Source: Candidatus Omnitrophota bacterium
GTDB lineage: Bacteria; Omnitrophota; Omnitrophia; Omnitrophales; Aquincolibacteriaceae
Assembly (NCBI GenBank): GCA_903884815.1
Contig: CAISGE010000021.1
Location: 64,448 to 128,447, forward strand
Length of the DNA stretch: 64,000 nucleotides
Direction of reading: 5' to 3'
Part shown: positions 1 to 9,607 of the stretch, in pieces
Layout: each line of letters opens with the position of its first letter
How positions within the stretch are numbered: position 1 is the first letter of the stretch
Translations under genes and position numbers: made by a program
The notes under the pieces: generated by a model
Databases searched by the model: none
Told to the model about the DNA's origin: nothing
The model's input: only the letters and a program-made list of their open reading frames with translations

Positions 1-427
1 CCTCGATCCCCCCGACAAAATCGATGACTTTCTTTTCGAAAGGATCATAGAACATGCCGTTGACCGTGAAATCGCGGCGGCGGGCGTCTTCTTCGGGCTG
101 GGTAAAAGAAACATGTGTGGGATGGCGGCCGTCCTGATACCCGCCTTCGCAGCGAAAGGTCGCAACCTCGAAGGAAATCTCATTTTCGATCACGATCATC
201 ACGCCGAATTGTTTACCCACAGGGATCGTCCGGCGAAAGATCTTTTCAACCTCTTCCGGAGTGGCGGTCGTGGCGATATCAAAGTCCCGCGGTGTTTGGC
301 TCATGAGATGATCACGGACGCAGCCCCCGGCAAAATAAACAATAAACCCACGATCTTTGAGTGTCCGGGCGATCGCGTATGCCGCCAGCCCTTTCGGTCC
401 ACTGAGGTCCATCGGTCCCGGATCCAT
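1..427 (-). CDS. CCA tRNA nucleotidyltransferase / poly(A) polymerase family, N-terminal part (runs off window start)
   Basis: Not in the ORF track. Manual minus-strand translation from ATG at 427 gives FAGGCVRD...RDFDIAT...FEVATFR...DGRHP...EEDARRRDFTVNGMFYDP...VIDFVGG, the class II nucleotidyltransferase motifs. Confidence 0.9.
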   Translation of the reverse strand, partial: MDPGPMDLSGPKGLAAYAIARTLKDRGFIVYFAGGCVRDHLMSQTPRDFDIATTATPEEVEKIFRRTIPVGKQFGVMIVIENEISFEVATFRCEGGYQDGRHPTHVSFTQPEEDARRRDFTVNGMFYDPFEKKVIDFVGGIE

Positions 428-440
428 GTTTCTCCGAATG

Positions 441-767
441 TTAGACGCTGAAGAAATCGCGGGCCGCTTTATCCCCCGCCGCTTTTTGATAATCCAGATA
501 ATCGATGAGCAAAAGATCCGGACGCTTCTCCGCCAAACGCCTTGCCAGCTGAAACCTCTCGGAAGGATGCGTCTCAAGACGACGGCTCGCGATATATTTG
601 AAAACCGTCCCACACTCCGGGCAGGCCTTCGTATCATAAGCATTGATCCCGAGAGCGTTACAAGCGGCGCAATTGCCCGTCAGATCCCCGATGATGAGAA
701 GATTTTTTTTGACTTCTTCAAGTTGGAATGACTTGTAAGTACGCAGGTAATGCAGGGCCACAAACAC
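441..767 (-). CDS. Hypothetical zinc-ribbon protein
   Basis: 108 aa ORF with CAAC...CPEC; fills the gap between co-oriented genes. Confidence 0.65.
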   Translation of the reverse strand: MFVALHYLRTYKSFQLEEVKKNLLIIGDLTGNCAACNALGINAYDTKACPECGTVFKYIASRRLETHPSERFQLARRLAEKRPDLLLIDYLDYQKAAGDKAARDFFSV

Positions 768-778
768 GCTCCGATAGT

Positions 779-1282
779 TTACTTTTTAAAGACAAGATCC
801 CCCGCGCGAACACGCGATTTCACCTCAACACCAAAGTCATCCCCCTTCTTGGCGATCATGACCGGCTTGTGATCGATTTGCATCGAGACAACCTTTTCCT
901 TAAAATCGGTGGTATGCCCCTTAAAGTGCAACTCATCTCCGATACGTATTTCGCCGATCTTGATCCGGAGCACCGCGGCATTCACGTGCGGGAAATAGTG
1001 CGTCACTTCCGCCGTTGGAAAGGCTGCCAGAGCCGACTTGACCATCCGCGGCAATTTCTTAGCCTTCTTTTTTGGGGCGGGCTTAACGATTTTCTTTTTA
1101 GCGGCCTTCGCCTTGGCTTTGGGAGCGACTTTCTTTTGAGTTTTCTTGGCCACCGGCTTCGCCGCTTTTTTCTTAGCCGATCCGGCTACCTTCTTGGAAG
1201 GAGTTTTAGCCTTAGACTTCACCGTCTTCTTAGGTTGAGAAGAACCGAAAAGCGCCTTGCCGAGTTTCTTGAGAAATTTCAT
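779..1282 (-). CDS. Lys/Ala-rich (histone H1-like) protein with C-terminal translation-elongation-factor-like beta-barrel
   Basis: GGAGGA RBS; PAKK-type low-complexity segment, then VTHYFPHVNAAV...IGDELHFKGHTTDF...V.SMQIDH......KGDDFGV.V..RVR.GD.VF. Confidence 0.8.
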   Translation of the reverse strand: MKFLKKLGKALFGSSQPKKTVKSKAKTPSKKVAGSAKKKAAKPVAKKTQKKVAPKAKAKAAKKKIVKPAPKKKAKKLPRMVKSALAAFPTAEVTHYFPHVNAAVLRIKIGEIRIGDELHFKGHTTDFKEKVVSMQIDHKPVMIAKKGDDFGVEVKSRVRAGDLVFKK

Positions 1283-1321
1283 GATTCTCCTCCTTGAAAA
1301 TCTTGCGCTGCAAATTGAAAG

Positions 1322-2404
1322 TTAAAGTTCTTTTTCCAGCACGATCTCTTTAGGCGCCCCACCCGTTACCTGCGTCTGATGTTGCTCGAGAACGTTGAGC
1401 CGGTTACGGAGCTTCTGGAACCGTTGTTCGGTCTTTTCATACGCGGTCCGGGCATGACCCAAATGACCGCCGATCTTTTCAAAATCAGTAAGACATTGCC
1501 CAAGATCCACTTCCAACTGGCCCAAATTCTCCAGGATGATCTGCGCCGATCGCTCGATCCGCATCCCCTTGAGCCCTCGGACGATCGCCTGCAAATAGGC
1601 ATAAAAACTGTTCGGCGAGACCGGGATCACCTTACGCTTCATGGCGTACGCCGAAAGACTTTCGTTCTGAGCGTCATCTTTAATGATCGTCTCATAATAA
1701 ATGCTTTCCGAAGGGATATACATCAACGCGAACTCAAACGTGCCCTCTTCCGGCAAAATGTATTTCGAACCGATATCGTCGATGTGTTTTTTGACATCCT
1801 TCCAGAACACTTTGCGTGCCTCCGCCTGTTTTTCGTCACTGCCCGCTTCCAGAATCCTTTTGAAATTCTCCAGAGGGAATTTCGCATCCACCGGGATCAG
1901 CCCGTCGCCGAGACGGATGATCGCGTCAACCTGAGAGCCGTTCGCGAAGCGATACTGAAGGGAAAAATGATCTTCTGGAAGTATCTGCCGCAAAAGCTCC
2001 GCCAGCAAAAATTCCCCCATACCACCGCGTAGTTTCGGGGCGCGGAGAATATCATGGAGTGAGGAAATGTCTTTCCCGATATCCATCATGGATTGTGTCG
2101 CGTGCTGAAGGACCCCCAGCCGATGCTGAACATCGCCCATCACTTGCCGATAGCTCTGCTGATTGTCCTGAAGGAACTGGGCATTCTGCTTCATCTGATC
2201 GTTCATCTGACGGGAAAGTGTCGAGATCTGATCTTGAAGCGTGGTATTGAGACTATGAAGTTCCTGCTGAAGTTGAAGGAAAGGTTGGAAGGTCTTCACA
2301 TCGGCGGCCGGGGCCTTGATCAGACGCTGAAAGATCCAGAGTGCCGCGGCAAAACCGCAGAAGGACACCGCAACGGAGATCATGATCAAATAGGGCGCGC
2401 TCAT
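1322..2404 (-). CDS. rmuC: DNA recombination protein RmuC
   Basis: N-terminal TM helix, coiled coil, RGGMGE, VDAII, VDAKFP, FALMYIPSE, VSPNSF motifs. Confidence 0.92.
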   Translation of the reverse strand: MSAPYLIMISVAVSFCGFAAALWIFQRLIKAPAADVKTFQPFLQLQQELHSLNTTLQDQISTLSRQMNDQMKQNAQFLQDNQQSYRQVMGDVQHRLGVLQHATQSMMDIGKDISSLHDILRAPKLRGGMGEFLLAELLRQILPEDHFSLQYRFANGSQVDAIIRLGDGLIPVDAKFPLENFKRILEAGSDEKQAEARKVFWKDVKKHIDDIGSKYILPEEGTFEFALMYIPSESIYYETIIKDDAQNESLSAYAMKRKVIPVSPNSFYAYLQAIVRGLKGMRIERSAQIILENLGQLEVDLGQCLTDFEKIGGHLGHARTAYEKTEQRFQKLRNRLNVLEQHQTQVTGGAPKEIVLEKEL

Positions 2405-2410
2405 GAAAGT

Positions 2411-2416
2411 ATTATA
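2411..2416 (-). promoter_or_regulatory. Putative -10 box (TATAAT) of a leaderless rmuC transcript
   Basis: Perfect TATAAT 6 nt upstream of the rmuC ATG; no Shine-Dalgarno sequence. Confidence 0.55.
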
Positions 2417-2424
2417 CCCAAATC

Positions 2425-2474
2425 AGACCGAAGACCAAAGACTATAGACTCCCTATAGCTTTGGCCTCCGGTCT
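2425..2474 (-). repeat. Long hairpin built from 7-bp AGACnnn units downstream of the RNase E/G gene
   Basis: agaccga agaccaa agactat agactcc followed by an inverted arm; about 22-bp stem on the minus-strand RNA using G-U pairs. Confidence 0.7.
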
Positions 2475-2480
2475 TCAACT

Positions 2481-4283
2481 CTATTTAATGAACGTGATGT
2501 TGATATCCTCGCGATGCGCGGCGGGCTCAGAATAAACCGAGATACGGCTGCCGGTACTTTTTTCGAGATACCTGAGGGCCTTCTTCTCCTGTTGGAGAAG
2601 CCGTTCGGCGACATCCGGATGCACATACGCGTTCACGATGCGGTCCCGGGAATCCTTGAGGGACTTGCGCAATTCGCGAATCACCTGGATCGCCATGGTC
2701 GCGGTGGACTTGATATTGCCTTTCCCTTCGCAGTACGGACAGGTGTCATAGACCGCACTCTCAAGGGACGGACGCATTCTCTGACGCGTCATCTGGATCA
2801 GCCCCAGTTCGGAGACCTGCACCAAATGGGTTTTGGCGCGATCCTTGCTCACCGCCTCTTTAAAAATATTAAAGAGACTGCGGCGGTGCTGGCCCTGCTC
2901 CATGTCGATAAAATCGATCACGACGATCCCGCCCACGTCACGAAGGCGCAATTGCCGCGCGATCTCCTGAGCGGCTTCGACGTTATTCTTATACACCGTC
3001 TCTTCCAGCCCTTTGCTATTGCCGGTGAATTTCCCGGTGTTCACGTCGATCGCCACAAGACTTTCAGTCTGCTCGATCACAATGGAACCGCCGGACTTCA
3101 GCTGAACATTTTTCTGAAATGTACGCTCGATCTCTTTTTCAAGCCCGTGCCGCTCAAAGAGACTTCCCTTTTCCTTGGCAAACTCGATATTCAGATCCTG
3201 CCCCGGCATGTAGACAGAAGTGAATCGCTTGAGCTTCTTGTAGATCTCCGGGTGGTCCACCACGATCTTGGTGGTTTCCTCATTCACATAATCGCGGACC
3301 ACGCGCTCCACAAGCCCGAGCTCCTGGTGAATCATAACCGGCGCTTTCTTGGCCGAGATGAGGCCGTGGATCTTTTTCCAAAGACGGAGCAGATAACGGA
3401 TGTCGCGCGTGAAATCGGCATCGCTCTTTCCTTCGGCGTTCGTCCTTACAATGAAACCGACCCCTTTCGGGATCTCAAGACTCCTGAAAATGCCGCGAAT
3501 ACGTTCACGCTCCGAACGGTTCTCCACACGCCGGGAAATACCGATCTTGGATTCCCCCGGCATCATGACAAGATAACGTGCCGGGATCGAAAACTGCGTG
3601 GTGAGACGCGGCCCCTTGGTCCCGAGCGGTTCCTTGACCACCTGGACAATGATCTTCTGCCCGACCTTGAGGACTTCTTCGATCCTGGGGCGGCGCTGAT
3701 GCTGAAACTCTTTTTGAGGCGCGTGCGATTGCGACGGCGGCTGATTCCGGCCACCGTGACGTCCACCGCGCTGATGCCTGCCACGCCCTCCGTCTCTGCC
3801 TCCACGCCTTCCGCCTCGTCCATGTTCCTGACCCGGGGCCTTCTCCGAAACGGGTCCCTGGCCTTGAACCGGAGCTTGCCCCTGGACGGGTGCCTCCGCC
3901 TGCATAGGAGCCTGCTGCCCCTCAACAACCTGAGGCTGTGCCGGTGCCGGTGATGGAACTTCCACGGAGACAGAACCGACAGGCTTGATTTCGCTTGCGA
4001 TACCTTCCGGCTTTTTTTCGTCCGGATCATCAAAATCCGCATCGAGATCCATCGGTGAGCGAAGCGCGTCCATCACATAAAGAAATCCGTCCTTGCCCGT
4101 CCCGATATCCACAAACGCGGCATCGATCCCCGGGATCACGGTCTTCACGACCCCTTCGTAGATATTCCCAAAGAGTTTGGTCGAGTCCCCTCGCTCAATA
4201 TAAAATTCTTCCAACCGCCCGTCCTCGAGAATGGCGACCTGTTTTTCGTTGGCGTCCTGCGAAATTAAAATTTGTCTTTCCAT
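2481..4283 (-). CDS. Ribonuclease E/G family (Rne/Rng)
   Basis: GNIYEGVV..V.PGIDAAFVDIG, QVVKEPLGTKGPRLT, AIDVNTGKF, RQLRLRDVGGIVVIDFIDM, CPYC zinc link. Confidence 0.95.
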   Translation of the reverse strand: MERQILISQDANEKQVAILEDGRLEEFYIERGDSTKLFGNIYEGVVKTVIPGIDAAFVDIGTGKDGFLYVMDALRSPMDLDADFDDPDEKKPEGIASEIKPVGSVSVEVPSPAPAQPQVVEGQQAPMQAEAPVQGQAPVQGQGPVSEKAPGQEHGRGGRRGGRDGGRGRHQRGGRHGGRNQPPSQSHAPQKEFQHQRRPRIEEVLKVGQKIIVQVVKEPLGTKGPRLTTQFSIPARYLVMMPGESKIGISRRVENRSERERIRGIFRSLEIPKGVGFIVRTNAEGKSDADFTRDIRYLLRLWKKIHGLISAKKAPVMIHQELGLVERVVRDYVNEETTKIVVDHPEIYKKLKRFTSVYMPGQDLNIEFAKEKGSLFERHGLEKEIERTFQKNVQLKSGGSIVIEQTESLVAIDVNTGKFTGNSKGLEETVYKNNVEAAQEIARQLRLRDVGGIVVIDFIDMEQGQHRRSLFNIFKEAVSKDRAKTHLVQVSELGLIQMTRQRMRPSLESAVYDTCPYCEGKGNIKSTATMAIQVIRELRKSLKDSRDRIVNAYVHPDVAERLLQQEKKALRYLEKSTGSRISVYSEPAAHREDINITFIK

Positions 4284-4321
4284 GACCTTCTGATTCCTTT
4301 CGTTTGATCTATTAAGATATC

Positions 4322-4399
4322 GTCATTCTGAACCCGCTGTGAGCAGGAGAAGAATCTCAGATCGAGATCCTTCGTCGTCTCATAGTGACGCAGGATGAC
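4322..4399. repeat. Cruciform palindromic element GTCATTCTG...GAAGAATCTC...GAGATCCTTC...CAGGATGAC
   Basis: Nested inverted repeats; same scaffold as 41967-42057. Confidence 0.8.
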
Positions 4400-4569
4400 A
4401 AAAACTCTGTTGGTTGCAATACGGATTCAATGATCGCGGAGGAAACTGCGGGACCCTTGCAGAGGCAAAGCTTCGTGGAAAGAGAGCGTCAACTATTCCG
4501 AGCCGAACCTAAAACGAACCCAAGGCGTGTCGAAAGCCTTCCAGAAGAACTCCAAAAACCGGCCTTGAA

Positions 4570-6213
4570 CTAAGCCGGCTTGTCCTTGTTCGTGTTGTCC
4601 GAGACTATTTTCTTCTCAGAATCCTTCAAGCCCGGCGCGGCATCCGCTGCAGCCGTTTTTGGCTGGGCCTGATCGTCTTTTGACTGGTTATTCTTCCCGT
4701 CAACTTTGGCGCCCGCAGGCTGTCCCTGCGAATCCACCGTAGTAACTGTTACAAAAAAGAGCGTTTCAACTTTGGCGTTCTCTGCCGCGTCCTGTCGTTT
4801 GGAACGGAATATTTTCCCGACTAAGGGAATATCCCCCAAATAAGGTACCTTATTTTCTGCTGAACCACTTTTATCTGTTAAGAGACCGCCGATCGCGATC
4901 GTTTGTCCGCTTTGGATCAAGACTTGTGTTTTTGCTTTGGTCGAAGTAAATGTCGGCGCCTGAATCTGACCTGTACCAAAATTCTGGTTCGGGCCTACAT
5001 CACTCACCTCGGGCGTCAGATCCACCAATATCTCATCGGCGGAATTAATGTGGGGTGTCACATTGAGCACCACACCTGTATTCCGATAACTAAAACCTGA
5101 AATGACCATACTCCCGGTCTGTTCATTCCTCTCAAAAGAAGGGATCGGGATTTCCTTACCCACCTGGATCGTTGCCATCTGATTATTGAGAACCGTGACC
5201 CGCGGATTGGAAACCACCTTCGCATCGCTTCTGGTTTCTAACAGCTGTAACATTGCCTTAAAACCCGTAAAATCCAGCGTTCCATAGTTAAACGTAGTAC
5301 CCGTCCCCGTTGCGACAGCAGGATTCGGAAATGCGTTATCATGCACAGGATTTACCGAGGCCTTATCAGACACGTCTTTTGTAATCGGATTAAGCGCAGC
5401 CCCTGCGAGAGTCGGGAAAAATTGTGTAGCGCTTGTAGGCATGCCCTGATCATTTTTAGTAAAAGGAAACGTAGTCGGGCGAGAAGATCCATTGAGGAGC
5501 CCTCCCGCGACATTCCAATCAATGCCCAGATTTTCCACATTAGAAAGATCCGTCCGAACGATCTTGGAATCGATAAAAGCTTGTTCCGTGACCTTGTCGA
5601 GTTTCTTGATCACTTCCCCGATCCTAAAAATATTGGTCGGAATATCAGTCACAACAAGCATGTTCGTACGCTCCGAGGTCTTCACCTTGCCGCGCTCACT
5701 CAACATATCCGTGATCGAGGCCTGGATTTCCGGAGCCTTGGAATAATTTAGAATGAAGGTCTTCGTCACGACCGGCTCAAGCTTCATTTTCTCGCGAGTC
5801 GTCACACGAATAATGTTTCCGTCCCGTTCATAGACATAATCGTAAGTCCTCAGGATGACTTCAAGCGCTTTATCCCAAGGCACGTTGTCAAGGCGCACGG
5901 TAACAAGCCCCGTCACTTCCGGACCGGTCACAATGTTAACATTACTCTTCATGCTGAGAACACGGAGCACGCTCCCGATATCCGCGTCCTTAAAATCCAG
6001 GCTGATCGTCTCACTGCTCGCCGAAGGGGTGACGGCCGCGACCGCAGGCGCAACAAGCGGCTGCACCACCACTTTCGAGGAAATCACCTCGCTCGCAACG
6101 GTCTTCTGAGTGGCTGCCGCCGGCGCGGGATCCGCCGCAAAAACAAAATCGCAAGGCAAAGAAAGGCAGAAAATACCCGCCAGAAGGATCAAAACACAGG
6201 ATGTTATTTTCAT
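4570..6213 (-). CDS. pilQ: Type IV pilus secretin PilQ
   Basis: Signal peptide; ISLDFKDADI..VLR, V.VRLDNVPWDKAL, VSNPRVTVLNN, L.VTPHI, KVPYLGDIPLVGKIFRS; follows pilMNOP. Confidence 0.92.
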   Translation of the reverse strand: MKITSCVLILLAGIFCLSLPCDFVFAADPAPAAATQKTVASEVISSKVVVQPLVAPAVAAVTPSASSETISLDFKDADIGSVLRVLSMKSNVNIVTGPEVTGLVTVRLDNVPWDKALEVILRTYDYVYERDGNIIRVTTREKMKLEPVVTKTFILNYSKAPEIQASITDMLSERGKVKTSERTNMLVVTDIPTNIFRIGEVIKKLDKVTEQAFIDSKIVRTDLSNVENLGIDWNVAGGLLNGSSRPTTFPFTKNDQGMPTSATQFFPTLAGAALNPITKDVSDKASVNPVHDNAFPNPAVATGTGTTFNYGTLDFTGFKAMLQLLETRSDAKVVSNPRVTVLNNQMATIQVGKEIPIPSFERNEQTGSMVISGFSYRNTGVVLNVTPHINSADEILVDLTPEVSDVGPNQNFGTGQIQAPTFTSTKAKTQVLIQSGQTIAIGGLLTDKSGSAENKVPYLGDIPLVGKIFRSKRQDAAENAKVETLFFVTVTTVDSQGQPAGAKVDGKNNQSKDDQAQPKTAAADAAPGLKDSEKKIVSDNTNKDKPA

Positions 6214-6310
6214 GAAGTTCTCCTGCCGCTTATCATATCATAGATACGCCGGGCACTGATCAATAAATTCACGCAGACAAGCTTTTGAACGCTGGCGGGA
6301 ACGAGTTTCA

Positions 6311-6667
6311 TTAGGAATTCCCCTCGCTACGGATCCAAAGCGTCTTATCTTCCCCTGCCACCGAGATCACCACATGATCCTTCAGGATCGCCTTGACCGT
6401 CGCCTCGCCCGCAGCTTCCCCGACCTGGTAAGTTTTTCCGTTCAAGATAGCCATCGATTTCGATCCCGGGTCATAAATGATCCCTTCCAATTTAAAACCT
6501 GAAGTGGAGGTGGCAGAATCGCCGCTCCCGTCATCCTTCAGGGCTACAAAGGGGTCCCGCCGCTTTCCGGAATCGTAGGTGACATCTTCCGCAAGAAGCG
6601 CGGACGTTCCGATACAAAAACAAAGCACGCATAAAGTCGAGACAGCCACCACTTTATTGCTTAACAC
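6311..6667 (-). CDS. pilP: PilP-like pilus assembly protein
   Basis: RRDPF motif and L.GII....MAILNG; position between pilO and pilQ. Confidence 0.7.
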   Translation of the reverse strand: MLSNKVVAVSTLCVLCFCIGTSALLAEDVTYDSGKRRDPFVALKDDGSGDSATSTSGFKLEGIIYDPGSKSMAILNGKTYQVGEAAGEATVKAILKDHVVISVAGEDKTLWIRSEGNS

Positions 6668-7298
6668 TTTTTTCTCCCGCTGCCGGTGCTTTGACCGCCG
6701 AGGGCGGAGGCACCACGAAAGCCCAAATTTTCAGCCCGGTAATATGTCGTTCGGGCGATTTCTCCGAAGCCACGATACGGAGACTCTGTATCCTCAAAAG
6801 CTTCTCATTCCCTTCAATGCGGCTCGCCAGATAGGCGATATCATGATAGCCGCCCTGCACGGTAAACTCATAACCGCTTGGCTGGTACTTGGCGCCGTAG
6901 GGCGCGGGAAACACCGTCTGCTCCGTCATCGGCTTAGAGGCAAGCACATCGACGCGTGATTCACTGGCCTTCTTTGAAACCTGGCCCAGCAAGAGCCCTA
7001 ACTCATCCTGCGTAAAAACACGCACCCGGGTCTTTTCGATCAACGCTCCTAAGATCTTTTCATCCTTTTCCCAACCAGCGCGCTTCTGACTGAGCGCGTT
7101 AACCTGTCGGATCTGAGCCTGCATGCTTTCCACATCGCGCCGAAGCAACGGACGCTCGATCCACGCCGGGAAGACCAGAAAAACGATCACAAGAAAAAAA
7201 ACAACGGAACCAATAGCCACCGCCACCCAGGTCTTTTTATCGACACGTTTGGCAAATTCTATAACTTCACCGGTCGTCCATTGATTGGGCATCTTCAT
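6654..7298 (-). CDS. pilO: Type IV pilus assembly protein PilO
   Basis: Single TM helix, coiled coil, F.VQGGYHDI..L...IE...LLRI; ATG overlaps the pilN stop (ATGA). Confidence 0.8.
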   Translation of the reverse strand: MKMPNQWTTGEVIEFAKRVDKKTWVAVAIGSVVFFLVIVFLVFPAWIERPLLRRDVESMQAQIRQVNALSQKRAGWEKDEKILGALIEKTRVRVFTQDELGLLLGQVSKKASESRVDVLASKPMTEQTVFPAPYGAKYQPSGYEFTVQGGYHDIAYLASRIEGNEKLLRIQSLRIVASEKSPERHITGLKIWAFVVPPPSAVKAPAAGEKSVKQ

Positions 7299-7873
7299 GT
7301 TTTCGCAGTGATTCCCCATTCAAAATCCGCTGAAAAAGAGGTTCCCTCGACCTTGGACGAGGTTTGTTTGGAAGTCGTCAACATCAAGGTTGCTTTGGGC
7401 GGTAATTGCCTTTTCAACTTTTGCAAGAATTCCTCGATCTGTTCGATCCCCGTTTGCGTGCGAGAAGGCAACACCACTCCCTTCAGGGTCAAGTGAAAAC
7501 CCGCCCCCACTCGCTCTGCCGAAAGTTCTGTGAGCCATCCTTTGGACGGCAGGTATTCATTCACCCAAGATAGCATCCGGGTCATGGATTCTGTGTTGAA
7601 AACATTATTCTCAAGAAATTCCTTTTCGCCCTTCATTTCGATCTCGATCTTTTTTTCCAGCGCCTTAAGTTGCCCCATGAGAGGGTTCAAGCGAAGCCAC
7701 TCCTTGTGGACCTCCTGGTAAGAGGAACGGGCACGAAGGTAATCGCCGTAGAAAAAAAGCGTCAGAAGAAGAAAAAGGACCCCTCCGAGGATCGCAAAAG
7801 GAATATACGGGACACGCGTCGCGGAGGTCTTCGCCTTCCGGAGTTCGTGGGGTAAAAGATTGATCTTGATCAT
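7295..7873 (-). CDS. pilN: Type IV pilus assembly protein PilN
   Basis: Starts MIKINLLP (PilM-binding motif); TM helix; LP..GWLTEL. Confidence 0.88.
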   Translation of the reverse strand: MIKINLLPHELRKAKTSATRVPYIPFAILGGVLFLLLTLFFYGDYLRARSSYQEVHKEWLRLNPLMGQLKALEKKIEIEMKGEKEFLENNVFNTESMTRMLSWVNEYLPSKGWLTELSAERVGAGFHLTLKGVVLPSRTQTGIEQIEEFLQKLKRQLPPKATLMLTTSKQTSSKVEGTSFSADFEWGITAKT

Positions 7874-8961
7874 TCTTCGCGAAGCCCCAGCCCGAGCGCC
7901 ACGGGAAGTAGCGCCTCATTCATTTTAAGAACAGCGGGATCCACCTCGGAAGAACATTGGATCTTCCCGAGAAGATCCATGACCATCACAGGGATTTGCA
8001 ATCCGTCGCTTAAGGCCTTCAAGACAGCAGGGTGCGATAAAGAGCCGCTCAAAAAAAGCTTTGTGATGGGCTGCGACTGGCCGGATTGATCATGATAGTA
8101 ATCGAAAGAGACGCGCAGGTCGCCGATCAACCCATCAAGACTCTCCGCGATCGCCTGCCCCTCTTCCGGAGAAGGCGTTTGATTCTTCTCGAAGAACTGC
8201 TCGATCTTCTCATCCGTAAGACTGGAGCGGGTCTTCATGCGTTTAAACAGATCATAGGTTCCATAGGAGATATCACGGATAAAACGCGGCTTGCCGTCAC
8301 GGACGATCCCCAGTGTCGAGATCTCAGCGCCAAGATCTAAAATCCCAGTATGCCCCGAGAAATCCACCGGATGAAAATATTCCATAGCTGCCATCACGGA
8401 CAGGATATCCACATCCACGACGGAGAGACTGCATTCCAGATTACGGAAGATCTCAAGCGTCGGGTCAAGCTCTTGGCGTTTGATCACCGCCAGCATCACT
8501 TCCATTTTCTCCCCATCGTCGGTCTTCAGACTCGGCTCGACCACGCCGAAATCCAGCACCACATCGCTTAACTCAAAGGGAATGTATTGCTCCGCCTCGT
8601 ATTTCATAGCGCTACGGAGGTCTTCGATCTTCATCGACGGAAAACGGATAAAACGGATCACGATCCCGTGGCCCTTAAGAGACACGCGGATCCCGTCTTT
8701 GGGGAACTTCGTACCATCCAGGAAGGGTTTTAGGGCCAGGGCCGGTTTCTGGTCATGAAACACATTCTTGATAATATTCAGCCGATGGATAAAAAGATGG
8801 TCGGAACGTTTTTCAAGCTGCAGCAAAACGGTGCGGGTCGGGTCGAGATCACAAACAGTAACCTTGGAAGGAACTGCTTTTCCAGCCATGCTCTTTGAAG
8901 AAAAATTCGCAAGGAAGGCAGTCAAGTTTTCATTCAGGCTTTTCAGGGTCAGAGGGCTCAT
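7870..8961 (-). CDS. pilM: Type IV pilus assembly protein PilM
   Basis: YEAEQYIPF..SDVVLDF, LDLGA, LRVSFDYY, LFLSG, VALGLGLR actin-like PilM motifs. Confidence 0.92.
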   Translation of the reverse strand: MSPLTLKSLNENLTAFLANFSSKSMAGKAVPSKVTVCDLDPTRTVLLQLEKRSDHLFIHRLNIIKNVFHDQKPALALKPFLDGTKFPKDGIRVSLKGHGIVIRFIRFPSMKIEDLRSAMKYEAEQYIPFELSDVVLDFGVVEPSLKTDDGEKMEVMLAVIKRQELDPTLEIFRNLECSLSVVDVDILSVMAAMEYFHPVDFSGHTGILDLGAEISTLGIVRDGKPRFIRDISYGTYDLFKRMKTRSSLTDEKIEQFFEKNQTPSPEEGQAIAESLDGLIGDLRVSFDYYHDQSGQSQPITKLFLSGSLSHPAVLKALSDGLQIPVMVMDLLGKIQCSSEVDPAVLKMNEALLPVALGLGLREE

Positions 8962-9006
8962 AGTCAGTGCTAGACCTTAACAGAAAATGTCCTAAAAAAA
9001 AAGACA

Positions 9007-9043
9007 AAAAAAACCCACCCTGTCCGCTTTGGACAGGGTGGGC
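9007..9043 (-). terminator. Strong intrinsic terminator after the downstream pilin
   Basis: Minus strand GCCCACCCTGTCC-AAAGC-GGACAGGGTGGG followed by a T8 tract. Confidence 0.85.
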
Positions 9044-9071
9044 TGAAAACCACTTCTGATTCCTTCGCCTA

Positions 9072-9524
9072 TCAGGAAAGCGCCGTTCCTCCGGAACAAC
9101 CGGTCGCAGCACCCGTCACGCCAGCCGAGGCGGCAACAATAACGCCCGTTTGGTCAACGCAGTAGGTGTTCACCGCCGTGGAAGCCGAAACCGGCGCCGC
9201 CAAAAGGGAGAAGGTATTCGTTGCCGATGCGTACGTGAAATTGAAACCATGCTTCGCACCCCCCCACGAGGCATCCAAATACGTGGGAGTCGCACCCGTC
9301 AAATTAGCAATCGCCGCCGGATAGGCCGGGGGATTCTGCGCTGCACGGAAGCTTTCGCACGCCGAACTGAACGTCCTTAAATCGGACTTAATAGCGCCTT
9401 CGTTGGCGTTGATACGAGCGCGCAGAAGATTGGGAATGGCGATAGCGGCCAAAAGCCCAATGATCGCAACGACGATCATGATTTCCACCAGCGTGAAACC
9501 TTTTTTATTCAATTTGATAAACAT
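9072..9524 (-). CDS. pilA: Type IV major pilin, downstream copy
   Basis: AGGAGG RBS, ATG at 9524, KKG|FTLVEIMIVVAIIGLLAAIAIP class III signal peptide, C-terminal Cys pair. Confidence 0.92.
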   Translation of the reverse strand: MFIKLNKKGFTLVEIMIVVAIIGLLAAIAIPNLLRARINANEGAIKSDLRTFSSACESFRAAQNPPAYPAAIANLTGATPTYLDASWGGAKHGFNFTYASATNTFSLLAAPVSASTAVNTYCVDQTGVIVAASAGVTGAATGCSGGTALS

Positions 9525-9607
9525 TGTATTCCTCCTGTTGTTTGCCACAGCCTGTGAGTAGCTTAGACTACTTTTCCTGTTACGGCAATACTTTCGATAA
9601 CTAAACT

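Noticed and set aside
4700-5660. Apparently AT-richer stretch in pilQ suggesting allele exchange
   Set aside because: Visual impression only; it cannot be quantified without GC3/codon analysis and no boundaries are evident.
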